Assembly (NCBI RefSeq): GCF_006345805.1
Contig: NW_021823839.1
Coordinates: forward strand, 1 to 20,954
DNA length: 20,954 bases
From: Octopus sinensis
Taxonomy: Eukaryota
Reading direction: 5' to 3'
The notes under the pieces are model-generated. The model made no database searches. It had not been told where the DNA came from and saw only the letters and a list, made by a program, of their open reading frames with translations. Positions 1 through 8,856 of this stretch are shown in pieces. Position numbers and translations under genes: made by a program. Position 1 is the stretch's first letter, and every line of letters starts with the position of its first letter.

Positions 1-156
1 GAGAGAGAGAGAGAGAGAAGAGAGAGTGGAGCGGGGAGAGGAAACGAGAGAGAAAGAGCAAAAGATTGAATGTTGATTGAAAAATCCCCAAGGAGTTGGT
101 GTAAAGAATGTTTGGAATGTCTGCATGTTTATTCTTTGTCGGAACACAAACTAGAA

Positions 157-180
157 TATATATATATATATATATATATA

Positions 181-213
<33 letters not shown>
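157..213. repeat. Compound (TA)n-(TG)n microsatellite
   Basis: Directly visible dinucleotide runs; explains the YI/CV content of ORF 70..252. Confidence 0.95.
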
Positions 214-214
<1 letters not shown>

Positions 215-356
215 CAGAAGAACAAAACTGGATCGACAAAAAGAAGCCATAAAAACAAAAAAAGTAAATGAAATAAAATAATGTAAATAATGTAAATGAG
301 AGGAAATACCCCTAAAATTAAGCGAAGAAATAAACCGGGAAGGAAGTTGGTAACAA

Positions 357-412
<56 letters not shown>
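357..412. repeat. (TATC)n tetranucleotide microsatellite
   Basis: About 14 perfect TATC units. Confidence 0.97.
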
Positions 413-567
413 AGTCTGTCGATCTGTTTGTCTGCCTGTCTGTCTATATAATACATACATACATATATGTATGTATATAAATATATATATAAGTATATAC
501 ACGCATACATATACATACACACCACGTATAAGTGCGTGTATGTATGTGTGATATTATAGATATATGG

Positions 568-615
<48 letters not shown>

Positions 616-785
616 TTCTATTTATTTGTTAATAGCATATGTGTAGTATGTGTGTGTAGTATGGGCGTGTTCTGATCTGTGTTCGTGTCCGTCCATGCGC
701 ATGTATCTATGTATATGTATTTGTTTGTGTTTGTGTGTGTGCGTGTGCGTGCGTATGTGTGTATGTGTGTGTGTGTGTATATGTG

Positions 786-816
<31 letters not shown>

Positions 817-1238
817 GTGTGTGAGTGTGTTGATGAACCAATCAATCAATGAAATAAGAGAAAATAAGATTTGCCGAAAGATTTTTTTTGTTAAAAATAT
901 TTTATTGGGAAAGTTAAATGAGAAAATCCATAGAAAGTTCCAGAAAATGGCTAGGGGTTGATGGGTTGGTTGGGTAAGGAAAATATAAGCAACTGACGGG
1001 AATATAAGTTTGAGAGGTGGGGATGGAGGGAGGGTGTGTTTAGTGCGTTGTAAGCCTTTTGAAACTGGAAGAGGTGAAAACAAAACTGACAAGAAGGAAT
1101 TGTGGGGAGAAAAGGAAAGATACAGGGATAGAGTGAAGGAAGGAGAGACAGAAAGGGAGTAAGAAAGATAGCGGGAGAGGGAGAGAAGAGTCAGATAGGT
1201 AGAGGGTGAGAGGGAGTAAGAGGGAGAGGGAGAGAGTT

Positions 1239-1242
1239 TGTG

Positions 1243-1318
<76 letters not shown>
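1239..1318. repeat. Compound (TG)n-(AG)n microsatellite
   Basis: Directly visible; accounts for the low-complexity ORFs at 1040-1463. Confidence 0.95.
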
Positions 1319-1324
<6 letters not shown>

Positions 1325-1407
1325 GCTTAGAAACAAAAGAAAAGACAAGAAAAATGAGCAACAGAGAAAGAAAGAAGGGAAATATGATGGTTATGTGACC
1401 TGCGGTA

Positions 1408-1525
1408 GGCTCTGTGGTTAAGAAATTCGCTTCGCAATCGTATGTTTCTGGGTTCGATTGCAAAGCACCTTGGGGAAATATTTTTCCTTTTACTATGGGT
1501 TTTACACAAAACCTATTAGAGTGGT
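1408..1525 (+). mobile_element. Degenerate 5' half of tRNA-derived SINE family A
   Basis: ggctctgtggttaagaaattcgcttcgcaatcgtatgtttctgggttcgattgcaaagcaccttgggg aligns with the reverse complement of the SINE heads near 6540-6628 and 7760-7842 (A-box-like, B-box-like gggttcga, then gcaccttggg). Confidence 0.6.
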
Positions 1526-1773
1526 GTTCAGCTGGTGTAACGGTCCGGAATCAGAGACTCAAGGAAGCAGCCACACTCTCACAAAAGGAAAAGAAAATGC
1601 TGGTGATCTAATCCAATGGTTCTGGACAATTTTTTTGCCTATGGACCTCTTTTATTATTGTTTTATTCTTGCAGATCCCTATAACCATTCGTTGTTTAAA
1701 AACTAGTTTTATAAAAATTGCTTTCAAAATTCTTATTTTGTTTTTCACACATTCACTTGTGTAGTTTGAACTA

Positions 1774-2286
1774 CCGTAAATCCTCGAGTATAATCCGCAT
1801 TTTCCCCCAAAAATTTAAAGGTCAAAATCCCTAGTGCGTACTATTTACGAAGTTAAAAATGAAAATTATTTTCTAAGCAATGTCCGAGTCTCTATTTGCT
1901 GTCCAGTGCTGTTTATTCAGAGGCATTTTGTGATGTCGGGCGCGAAAATACCTTAAGCTAAGCCTTGAAAGCAATGAAGTCATAAAAGAATCATCCATAA
2001 CTTGCAGTAAGCAACATTTATTAAACGTATTACTGTTATTTCTTTATTTCTGCAAAACAAAAATGCACAAAAAAGCTACACGTTTGCAATTATGTATATA
2101 TACAATAATAATAAAGGACGTTATCGTATATATTTTTACAAACCAGGGACGTTATATATACCTCCTTGACTCAAGTTAGAGAAGGGCTGCGTATTATACA
2201 CACGGTTTAGGTTTTTCAGAGGTACAGCCCCCTAAAAATCCCCTGCGTATTATACTCAAGGGCGGACTATACTCGAGGATTTACGG
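1774..2286. mobile_element. pogo/Tigger-like MITE (513 bp)
   Basis: 25-bp TIRs 1774-1798 and 2262-2286 (CCGTAAATCCTCGAGTATARTCCGC, 24/25 match), TA on both flanks (1772-73, 2287-88), internal repeats of a TIR-related tgcgta(c/t)tat motif, no transposase. Confidence 0.88.
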
Positions 2287-2329
2287 TAAGTAAAACGTTA
2301 GAGAAAGAAATCTAGCTGTTTTTTACAAT

Positions 2330-2710
2330 AAGCACATCTAAAACAAATTTTTTCAGGGACGCTTAAAATGCTATTGTGGATCCCCATTTTACTATTTTGC
2401 TTGTATCGACTCCTCCAAAATTTTATATGGACTTTCACGGTTCATGTGAAACTCGGTTAAGAACTACTGATTCGAACTGTAGTCGAGTAATTTTCACAAC
2501 ACTGAGAAATAGTTAGAACTGGTTACTGCATTCTTGTGGGATATAAGAATAGAGTTTGGTCAAGACAAGTGGTCATATAGCATTGTCAAACGAAGAAAGA
2601 TTGTCGATTCGTCAAGGAATATGGATATTAATAGCCTGTTTATCTTCCTTATCACTAGTGATGAATTTTCTATCTGCCTATCGTTTCAGGCAGATTGACG
2701 GACCAAAACA
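2330..2710 (+). mobile_element. Decayed R4/Dong-like non-LTR retrotransposon RT fragment (segment 1)
   Basis: 2513-2600 translates LELVTAFLWDIRIEFGQDKWSYSIVKRRKIV, resembling the LDLVTxFSxDIGMxFGxDKCAY..KxGK stretch after the catalytic motif; a degraded NFF(R)D-LK-Y (FVDDLKLY-like) lies at about 2346-2375. Confidence 0.65.
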
Positions 2711-2914
2711 ATTATTTCTCCCCAAGCGTTCCCGTCTTCCACGAAACTTTTGAAGTCTTCTGTTTGTAACTCGACATCACCAAAGAGTTAATCAATGTAT
2801 GCCATTCTGGGTTGCCCAACATAGGAATTCTCACGGTTTAGGATCTACAGAAAGAACTCACTCACTTAGCTGTCTTTTCTATCTCCCTCTCAAACGAATG
2901 AAAATGAATGATAC

Positions 2915-2965
2915 AGCGTTCACTTTGCATGTGAAAGACACCGGGTTCAATCCCTGGCCATACCA
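2915..2965 (+). pseudogene. tRNA-Ala(UGC)-like relic, copy 1 (D-arm missing)
   Basis: Perfect anticodon arm TTCAC-ttTGCat-GTGAA (2919-2935), T-arm CCGGG-TTCAATC-CCTGG (2941-2957), followed by TTTTTT at 2971-2976. Confidence 0.7.
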
Positions 2966-3017
2966 GAGCATTTTTTGAATGCTACGAATACGCGGGAATT
3001 AACAGGAACGAATGAAA

Positions 3018-3095
3018 GTGAATGTTATATCTCAGTGGCAAAGCGTTAACTTTGTATATATAAAAGGGCACCGGGTTCGATCTCTGGCATCTCCG
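3018..3095 (+). pseudogene. tRNA-Ala-like relic, copy 2 (anticodon arm decayed)
   Basis: D-arm-like ctcagtggcaaagcg, T-arm ccgggttcgatctctgg and 3' acceptor catctcc match the eukaryotic tRNA-Ala pattern (GCTCAGTGGTAGAGCG...CCGGGTTCGATCCCCGGCATCTCCA); TTTTTT at 3101-3106. Confidence 0.72.
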
Positions 3096-3139
3096 GAGCA
3101 TTTTTTGAATGCCATAAATTACCTGGGAATTGACGTGTA

Positions 3140-3641
3140 TAGTAGTCCGTCGACTATCGTGGGTGTTACGTTCCAAACGGCCCCCCACCGCGATAGAAGA
3201 AAATCCGCGAAGTAGAAACAGTACGATACTGTACATTTTAAAAATTATTTTAATAATTTGTATATATTTATTTTATTTTAAACACAAAACAACACACACT
3301 CACCTCCCGAGTTTCGTTTTCCATACAGTATGCGCAATTCTTTGTTTACTCATCTACGGTGCACTAGTATTTTTAAAAAAATATATTTTAATTAATGTGT
3401 TATACAGTGCAGTACTGTATTGCATTTTTGTTCATTAATTTATTAATTTTTAGGCGTGAAAATGCTTATTTTATCAGGGAAATAATTAAAATCTAAAAAA
3501 AAATATATAAATACCAAATTGGCCGCAGAAACCCGCAATATACTGAGGAGTGCGTGATATAAATTTACATATATTAACCTGAAAAATCCGCGATGTGCTA
3601 AGGGCGCGATAGGGGAACCGCGATATGGCAAGTGATTACTG
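3140..3641. mobile_element. Tigger/pogo-like MITE inserted in the LINE RT
   Basis: Diverged TIRs (T)AGTAGTCCGTCGACTATCGTGG versus reverse-complemented CAGTAATCACTTGCCATATCGCGG, TA at 3138-39 and 3642-43, subterminal AAAATCCGCGA repeats; removing it restores the LINE reading frame. Confidence 0.8.
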
Positions 3642-4264
3642 TATATCGCATATACCGGTGCTATGAGTAAAGCTAGGGTGACAAAACAAAACTTCAGCAA
3701 ACTTCTGAGATATGAAAGTCAGAATTGTTTGCATTCAATAACTATACCCTACAATGCTTTCGCAATCCTAATGCTAGTCTGAACACTTGAAGAAATCTGC
3801 AATTTAGACATCAAGACCCGAAAGATACTAACAATGGCTAATAACTTCCACATAAACTGACAAAGGAGGGATGGAGACAAACGATAAGATCAGTCTAGAC
3901 AGCCTTTGAGTGCTAGATCGTGTAACTTAGACAACACCTATTAAGAAGTAAAAAGAGTAATGAATACATTCCGTTTATAGTCTACATCTATTCCCTGTGA
4001 ACCAAGAATGATTGGATTGGCCTACTTAAACAGAGACTAGGTAGAGGAGCACTCGCTGTGCCAGCAGTAAGTTATGCATGGGTACATATCCCGCAAACTT
4101 GAAAATACTTACAATATTGACAGAAATATTAGCCTCTTCTAGACCTGTGAAGGATATGTCTTTGCTATCCAAGAATAGGAGATTGTTACTAAATACTTCA
4201 TCAACAAGGGGAACTGATGCTTCTAGACATCCACGTTGTGATAGAAAATGTCGGTTGTACCGTA

Positions 4265-4474
4265 CAAAGGTGGGCTGAAAAGTTCAATGGCTGACTATGA
4301 AAGAGTGATGCTAGAGCTGTGATGCTAGAGGAGCGAGTCTTGCATGCATTAATTTCATTAATTTCTTAATAATCTCATTGTTTCTTTCCAGTGTGGAAAT
4401 TAATGCATGCAAGATTCCACAGCTCTAGCATCATTCCTTCATAGTCATCCTATAAACTTTTCAGCCCACCCTCT
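4265..4474. mobile_element. mariner-like fold-back MITE (210 bp)
   Basis: Arms of about 90 bp (4265-4357 and about 4394-4474) beginning C(A/G)A(A/G)GGTGGGCTGAAAAGTT; TA flanks at 4263-64 and 4475-76; sits immediately after the CRL(C) codons of the LINE. Confidence 0.8.
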
Positions 4475-4475
4475 T

Positions 4476-4826
4476 AGTCCCACTGTGTGGCACCTTGAGC
4501 AAGTATCTTCTAGTATAGCCTCCAGCCGACCAAAGCCTTGTGAGTGGAAACTGAAAGAAGCTCGTCGTATATATATGTATATATATTTATGTGTGTGTTT
4601 TTGTGTCTGTATTTGTCCTCTCACCATCGCTTGACATCCGATGTTTGTCTGTTTACGTTCCCGTAACTTAACGGTTCGGCAAAAGAGATTGATAGAATAA
4701 GTATTAGGCTTACAAAGAATAAGTCTTGGGGTCGATTTCTTTGACTAAAACTCTTTAAGGAGATGCTCCAGTATGGCCACAGTCAAATGACTGAAACAAG
4801 TTAAACAATAAAAGAATAAAAGAATA
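4476..4826 (+). mobile_element. tRNA-derived SINE family A, 5'-truncated near the B-box
   Basis: gtcccactgtgtggcaccttgagcaagtatcttct...internal TA/TG tract...tgactgaaacaag and an (aaagaat)n tail; reverse-complement match to 6212-6628 and 7490-7842. Confidence 0.88.
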
Positions 4827-5416
4827 TGGTGATCAAAGCAGTACTACCTCTTCCATTAGAGACTGTACCAGCTCCAGTATTTCTTGCCTTTTTTTTATTA
4901 TTTAAAGTAATAGAATTCCATTCATATCAGTAGCTATCCCAAAATGTCCGCAAGACACCATCTTCCCAAGAGACTTGATATTGTTGCTAAGACAGACTAC
5001 ATTGCTATACACAGGAATAATTTCTCTGATGAGCATACCAGGAATAAAATGTATCCGTACCTTTAAAAATAAAGAATACCAGTGGAACATTCTAATAAAA
5101 ACAATAATCCAGCATAAACACAATAGGCCAAATATTCTATGGGGAAGGGAACGAAAATCAGGCACTGTTGTAGAGGTTAGCTGCCAGCGAGATGTGATTG
5201 TCTCATTAAAAACTGGAGAAAAGCAGAACATCTATGGAGACCTAGTTAGAAACTTACAACTCTGATATTCAGACTATAGATTTTCATTTGTAACTATTCT
5301 CATAGGTGCACCAGGTTGTGTAACAACAGTTTTGCATTCAAACCTAGGAACAAAGCAAAACTAATTCGCATTTATATACATACATACATGCATACACACA
5401 CATACATATAGATATA

Positions 5417-6143
5417 CAGGGTGATTGAAAAGTAACTCCCCATTTTAAAATACTTATAATTTATTTATTAGCTATAATTTTTAGAAAAAAATGTGAAGAA
5501 AGCGTATAGCATGGAGTTTAATTTAAAATTCGATACAGGCACCAGCACTCGCCACCAGCTTCTCAAGCCACCCGGGAACCGCAACAATTGATTTCATCAG
5601 GAACTCTTGTGGGAGGAAAGATATAACTTCTCGTACTCGCCCTTTAAGTTCTTCTAAAGTCGTTGGTTTGGTAGACTTGCTCCTTTAACCAAGCGCAAAG
5701 AAAAAAGTCGCAGGGTGTCAAATCAGGGCTTCTGGCCGGCCAATCATGCAGACCTCGATGAATTGGAAGGTCGAACGCTTCTTCGAGTATCTGCTACAGA
5801 TCCTGTAGTCATGAGTCTTGCATGGAAATTCTTGATCGTCTTTGCATCAACTTGTGCATGTCTTCTTCTAATGGTCCTCCACCATCTTTGCGCTTGATCA
5901 GCTGATCTCCAAACTTCGTAACGCTCCTGCACAGTAAGATGTCCAACCATGTTTGTAGGGCTTCTAAATTTCTAACAAAATAATCGATCTGAACAAAAAA
6001 AAAAACAAAAAAAAAAAACAGCATCAACATAGAATCAATTCCTATACATTATAGAATATACACAACAAATTTGAGGAAAAAATTATAGTTAATAAATAAA
6101 TCGTAAATATTTTAAAATAGGGAGTCACTTTTCAATCACCTTG
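5417..6143 (-). mobile_element. Internally deleted Tc1/mariner-superfamily transposon (rosa/DD41D- or maT/DD37D-like), non-autonomous
   Basis: 36-bp TIRs 5417-5452 and 6108-6143 (33/36), TA flanks. Minus strand encodes an N-terminal HTH piece (MVGHLTVQER...TIKNFHARLMTTGSVADTRRSVRP, 5950-5750) joined to the C-terminus (WPARSPDLTPCDFFL..LKEQVY/KPTTLEELKGRVREVI...GACIEF*, 5742-5523). Confidence 0.9.
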
Positions 6144-6211
6144 TACACACAGACACACACACACGCAGACACATACATACACGCACACACATGTAAATAT
6201 ATATATATATT

Positions 6212-6431
6212 TATTCTTTTCTTTTATTTGTTTCAGTCATTCGACTACGGCCATGCTGGAGGATCGTCTTTAGTCGAACAAATCTATCCCAGGACTTATT
6301 CTTTGTAAGCCTAGTACTTATACTATCAGTTTCTTTTGCCGAACCGCTAAGTTACTGGGACGTAAACACACCAACGTCGGTTGTCAAGTGAGGGTGGGGA
6401 GACAAACAGACACAAACATACACACACACAA

Positions 6432-6467
<36 letters not shown>

Positions 6468-6628
6468 ATACGACGGGCTTCTTTCCGTTTCCGTCTACTA
6501 AATCCACTATCAAGGCTTTGGTCGGCCCGAGGCTCTAGTAGAAGACACTTGTCCAAGGTCCCACGCAGTCGGACTGAACCCGGAATCATGTGATTGGTAA
6601 GTAAGCTAATTACCACACAGTCACTCTT
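6212..6628 (-). mobile_element. tRNA-derived SINE family A, near full length
   Basis: Minus-strand head gtgactgtgtggtaa...ccgggttcagtcc (A/B-box-like), conserved body, internal (CA)n, simple-repeat tail; homologous to 4476-4826 and 7490-7842. Confidence 0.92.
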
Positions 6629-6656
6629 GCTTTATATATATAAATAAATAAATATA

Positions 6657-6676
6657 TTAGATAGATAGATAGATAG

Positions 6677-6757
<81 letters not shown>
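6657..6757. repeat. (TAGA)n-(GA)n compound microsatellite
   Basis: Directly visible. Confidence 0.95.
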
Positions 6758-6762
<5 letters not shown>

Positions 6763-7037
6763 GGAAAGAGACAGACAGAGAAAGAGCATGGATGTGTGAT
6801 AAGCAATTTGGTCTGGTTTGAATTCGTTGCATGCTACCTTTGTCATTTGTATTCTATCAGAATTCCAGTCAACTATTTATTTGAACATTGAATAATCCAA
6901 ACTTCTTAAATATGTCTTGTACACACGCACTCACACATGCGCGCGCACGCACACACACACACACACACACAATTTTTGCTCTACTTTAGCGTATTGAGTA
7001 TTGAGTATTGAGTATACATTATATGAATATACGTATA

Positions 7038-7247
7038 TTGGTTTCAAATTTAGGCATGAGGCCAGAAATTTCGAGGGTGGGGTCAAGTCGATTACTTCGA
7101 CCCAGTGTTCAACTGACACTTATTTTATCGACCCCGAAAAGATGAAAAGCAAAGTCAACATTGGTGGAATTTGAACTCCGAACATAAAAACGGACGAAAT
7201 ACTGCCAGGCGTTTTGTCCGGCATGCTAACGATCCTGCGAGGTCACT
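7038..7247 (-). mobile_element. tRNA-derived SINE family B
   Basis: Shares gtcgattac..cgaccc..gtgttcaactg..acttattttatcgacccc gaaa.gatgaaa.gcaaagtc..atttgaactc..ctaacgat with the copies at 11187, 12113 and 14498; minus-strand B-box-like gagttcaaattcc. Confidence 0.88.
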
Positions 7248-7272
7248 GTATATACATACATATGTATATAAT

Positions 7273-7457
<185 letters not shown>

Positions 7458-7489
7458 AGATACACACACACACACACACCACGCACACG

Positions 7490-7842
7490 TTACTCCTTTA
7501 CTTGTTTCAGTCATTTGACTGCGGCCATGCTGATGCACCGCCTTTAGTCGAATAAATTGACTCCAGGACTTATTCTTTGTCAGCCTAGCACTTCCATCAG
7601 AGTCTTTTGCCGAACTGCTAGGTTGCGGGGACATAAACACCCCAACATAGGTTGCCAAGCGATGCTGGGAGGAAAACACACACACACACCACGGGCTTCT
7701 TTCAGTTTCTGTCAACAAAATCCGCTCACAAGGCTGTGGTCGGCCCGAGTCTATAGTAGAAGACACTTACCCAAGATGACGCGTAGTGGGACTGAACCCG
7801 GAACCATGTGATTGGGAAGCAAGCTTCTTAACATGCAGCCAA
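7490..7842 (-). mobile_element. tRNA-derived SINE family A, near full length
   Basis: Same head, body and tail as 6212-6628, with a shorter internal (CA)n. Confidence 0.92.
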
Positions 7843-7851
7843 CCTGTATAT

Positions 7852-8093
7852 AATAGATGTCATTAAAAATGACTGAGGGTGTTAGAACACTACACTGCTT
7901 GAAATAAGAGCTGAAGGGCTCTGTTGCTGCTGTCAACGCACATAGAATTGTATACATATATACTGGTAGTGGCTATCATGTATGTATTCAATTTTATGCG
8001 CGTTGACAGCAGTAACGGAGCCTTTCAGCTTCTATTTCTAGCAGTGTAGGCGTTTTAACACCCTCAGTCCAGTCATATGTAATGACATCTATT
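7852..8093. repeat. Fold-back element, arms of about 107-113 bp with a 22-nt spacer; family unknown
   Basis: 7852-7958 is the reverse complement of 7981-8093 apart from scattered substitutions and one 5-nt indel. Confidence 0.9.
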
Positions 8094-8259
8094 GTTTTCC
8101 TTTTTGGTGAAACTCTGCTAGCTACCTACATCACGTAATCACCCCCCCCCCCCACACACATACGCACACACATCAATGCTTGTTTTTATGTTCAGTTTAG
8201 TAAAACCAATTTTATATGAATCCGAAGGGTTGCTCCATACTTTTTGTAGAGTACAAATT

Positions 8260-8393
8260 TATTATTCTTTAATAATACTGATAGCGACTTCGAAGTTTCG
8301 GCCAGCTAACCTATCATCAGACTGACCGATGATAGACTTAGCTGGCCGAAACGTCGAAGTCACTGTCAATACTATTTTTATTAAAGAATAATA
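8260..8393. mobile_element. Inverted pair of Penelope-like terminal repeat fragments (hammerhead family 2)
   Basis: Palindrome centred near 8323; both arms carry C(T/C)GATGA...CCGAAAC(T/G)TCGAAGTC; homologous to 17248-17302. Confidence 0.75.
8283..8324 (-). ncRNA. Type I hammerhead ribozyme-like motif (family 2)
   Basis: Minus strand: cAGT-CUGAUGA-uagguuagcuggcc-GAA-ACUUCGAAGU-C-GCU. Core intact, palindromic 10-nt stem III, GUC triplet, 3-bp stem I, weak stem II. Confidence 0.6.
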
Positions 8394-8495
8394 TATAAGT
8401 GTTAATACAGTTCTATATTTAAGAGATGAGGAATTATGTACATTATTTACATTATTTACATTTGACGCACATTTGTCCTCATCTTGTTTGTTGTT

Positions 8496-8541
8496 AGCAC
8501 AATGTTTCGGCTGATATACCTTCCAGCTTTCATCAGGTGTT
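8496..8541 (-). ncRNA. Decayed hammerhead-like motif (family 1, antisense arm)
   Basis: Minus strand: AACAC-CUGAUGA-A-AGCUG..CAGCC-GAA-ACAU-U-GUGCU; the ACGU palindrome is lost (ACAU) and stems I and II each carry a mismatch. Confidence 0.55.
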
Positions 8542-8590
8542 TTGGGGGAAATTTCGAACCTGGGTTCTCATTCCTAAGGTATTTTTCGAT

Positions 8591-8606
8591 GTTATTATTG
8601 TTATTA

Positions 8607-8658
<52 letters not shown>

Positions 8659-8675
8659 CATTATTATTATTATTA
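8591..8675. repeat. (TAT)n trinucleotide microsatellite
   Basis: Directly visible; yields the poly-L/I/N ORFs. Confidence 0.97.
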
Positions 8676-8810
8676 AATATGTTAAATATAGAACTGCAGA
8701 TCTTGTATTCTCTTTCTATCATCATCTCTGAACAACAACAACAACAACAACAAAATAATAATATCGAAAAATACCCTAGGAATGAGAACCCAGGTTCAAA
8801 ATTTCCCCAA

Positions 8811-8856
8811 GACACCTGAAGAAGGCTGGAGGGTATATCAGCCGAAACGTTGTGTT
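8811..8856 (+). ncRNA. Minimal type I hammerhead ribozyme (family 1), core intact
   Basis: Stem I GACAC 8811-15 / GUGUU 8852-56; CUGAAGA 8816-22; unpaired A 8823; stem II GGCUG 8824-28 / CAGCC 8839-43; GAA 8844-46; palindromic ACGU 8847-50; H17 = U8851 (GUU triplet). Confidence 0.72.

Larger units (their letters stand above)
2977..5350 (+). mobile_element. Decayed R4/Dong-clade (RLE-type) non-LTR retrotransposon: RT C-terminus, CCHC knuckle and endonuclease, interrupted by nested insertions
   Basis: Collinear translated pieces: YLGIDV (3120-3137) / YIAYTGAMSKARVTK (across the MITE, to about 3685); YNAFAILMLV*TLEEICNLDIKTRKILTMANNFHIN (3750-3857); VMHGYISRKL...CEGYVFAIQE*EIVTKY (from 4071); CDRKCRLY (4237-4260); HISSYPKMSARHHLPKRLDIVAK (from 4923); KHNRPNILW...VEVSCQRD...EKQNIYGDLVRNLQL and IGAPG (about 5115-5350). 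Many stops and frameshifts. Confidence 0.88.

Noticed and set aside
70-1463. ORFs rich in CV/HT/LS/ER repeats
   Set aside because: They are translations of (TG)n, (CA)n and (GA)n microsatellites, with no domain-like sequence.
2915-3095. Functional tRNA-Ala genes
   Set aside because: Copy 1 lacks the D-arm and 5' acceptor strand; copy 2 has a disrupted anticodon arm. Reported as relics only.
8456-8819. Overlapping sense and antisense ORFs with poly-N/L/I/Q and a repeated FEPGFSFL peptide
   Set aside because: Produced by the inverted repeat arms and the (TAT)n/(AAC)n spacer; not a gene.
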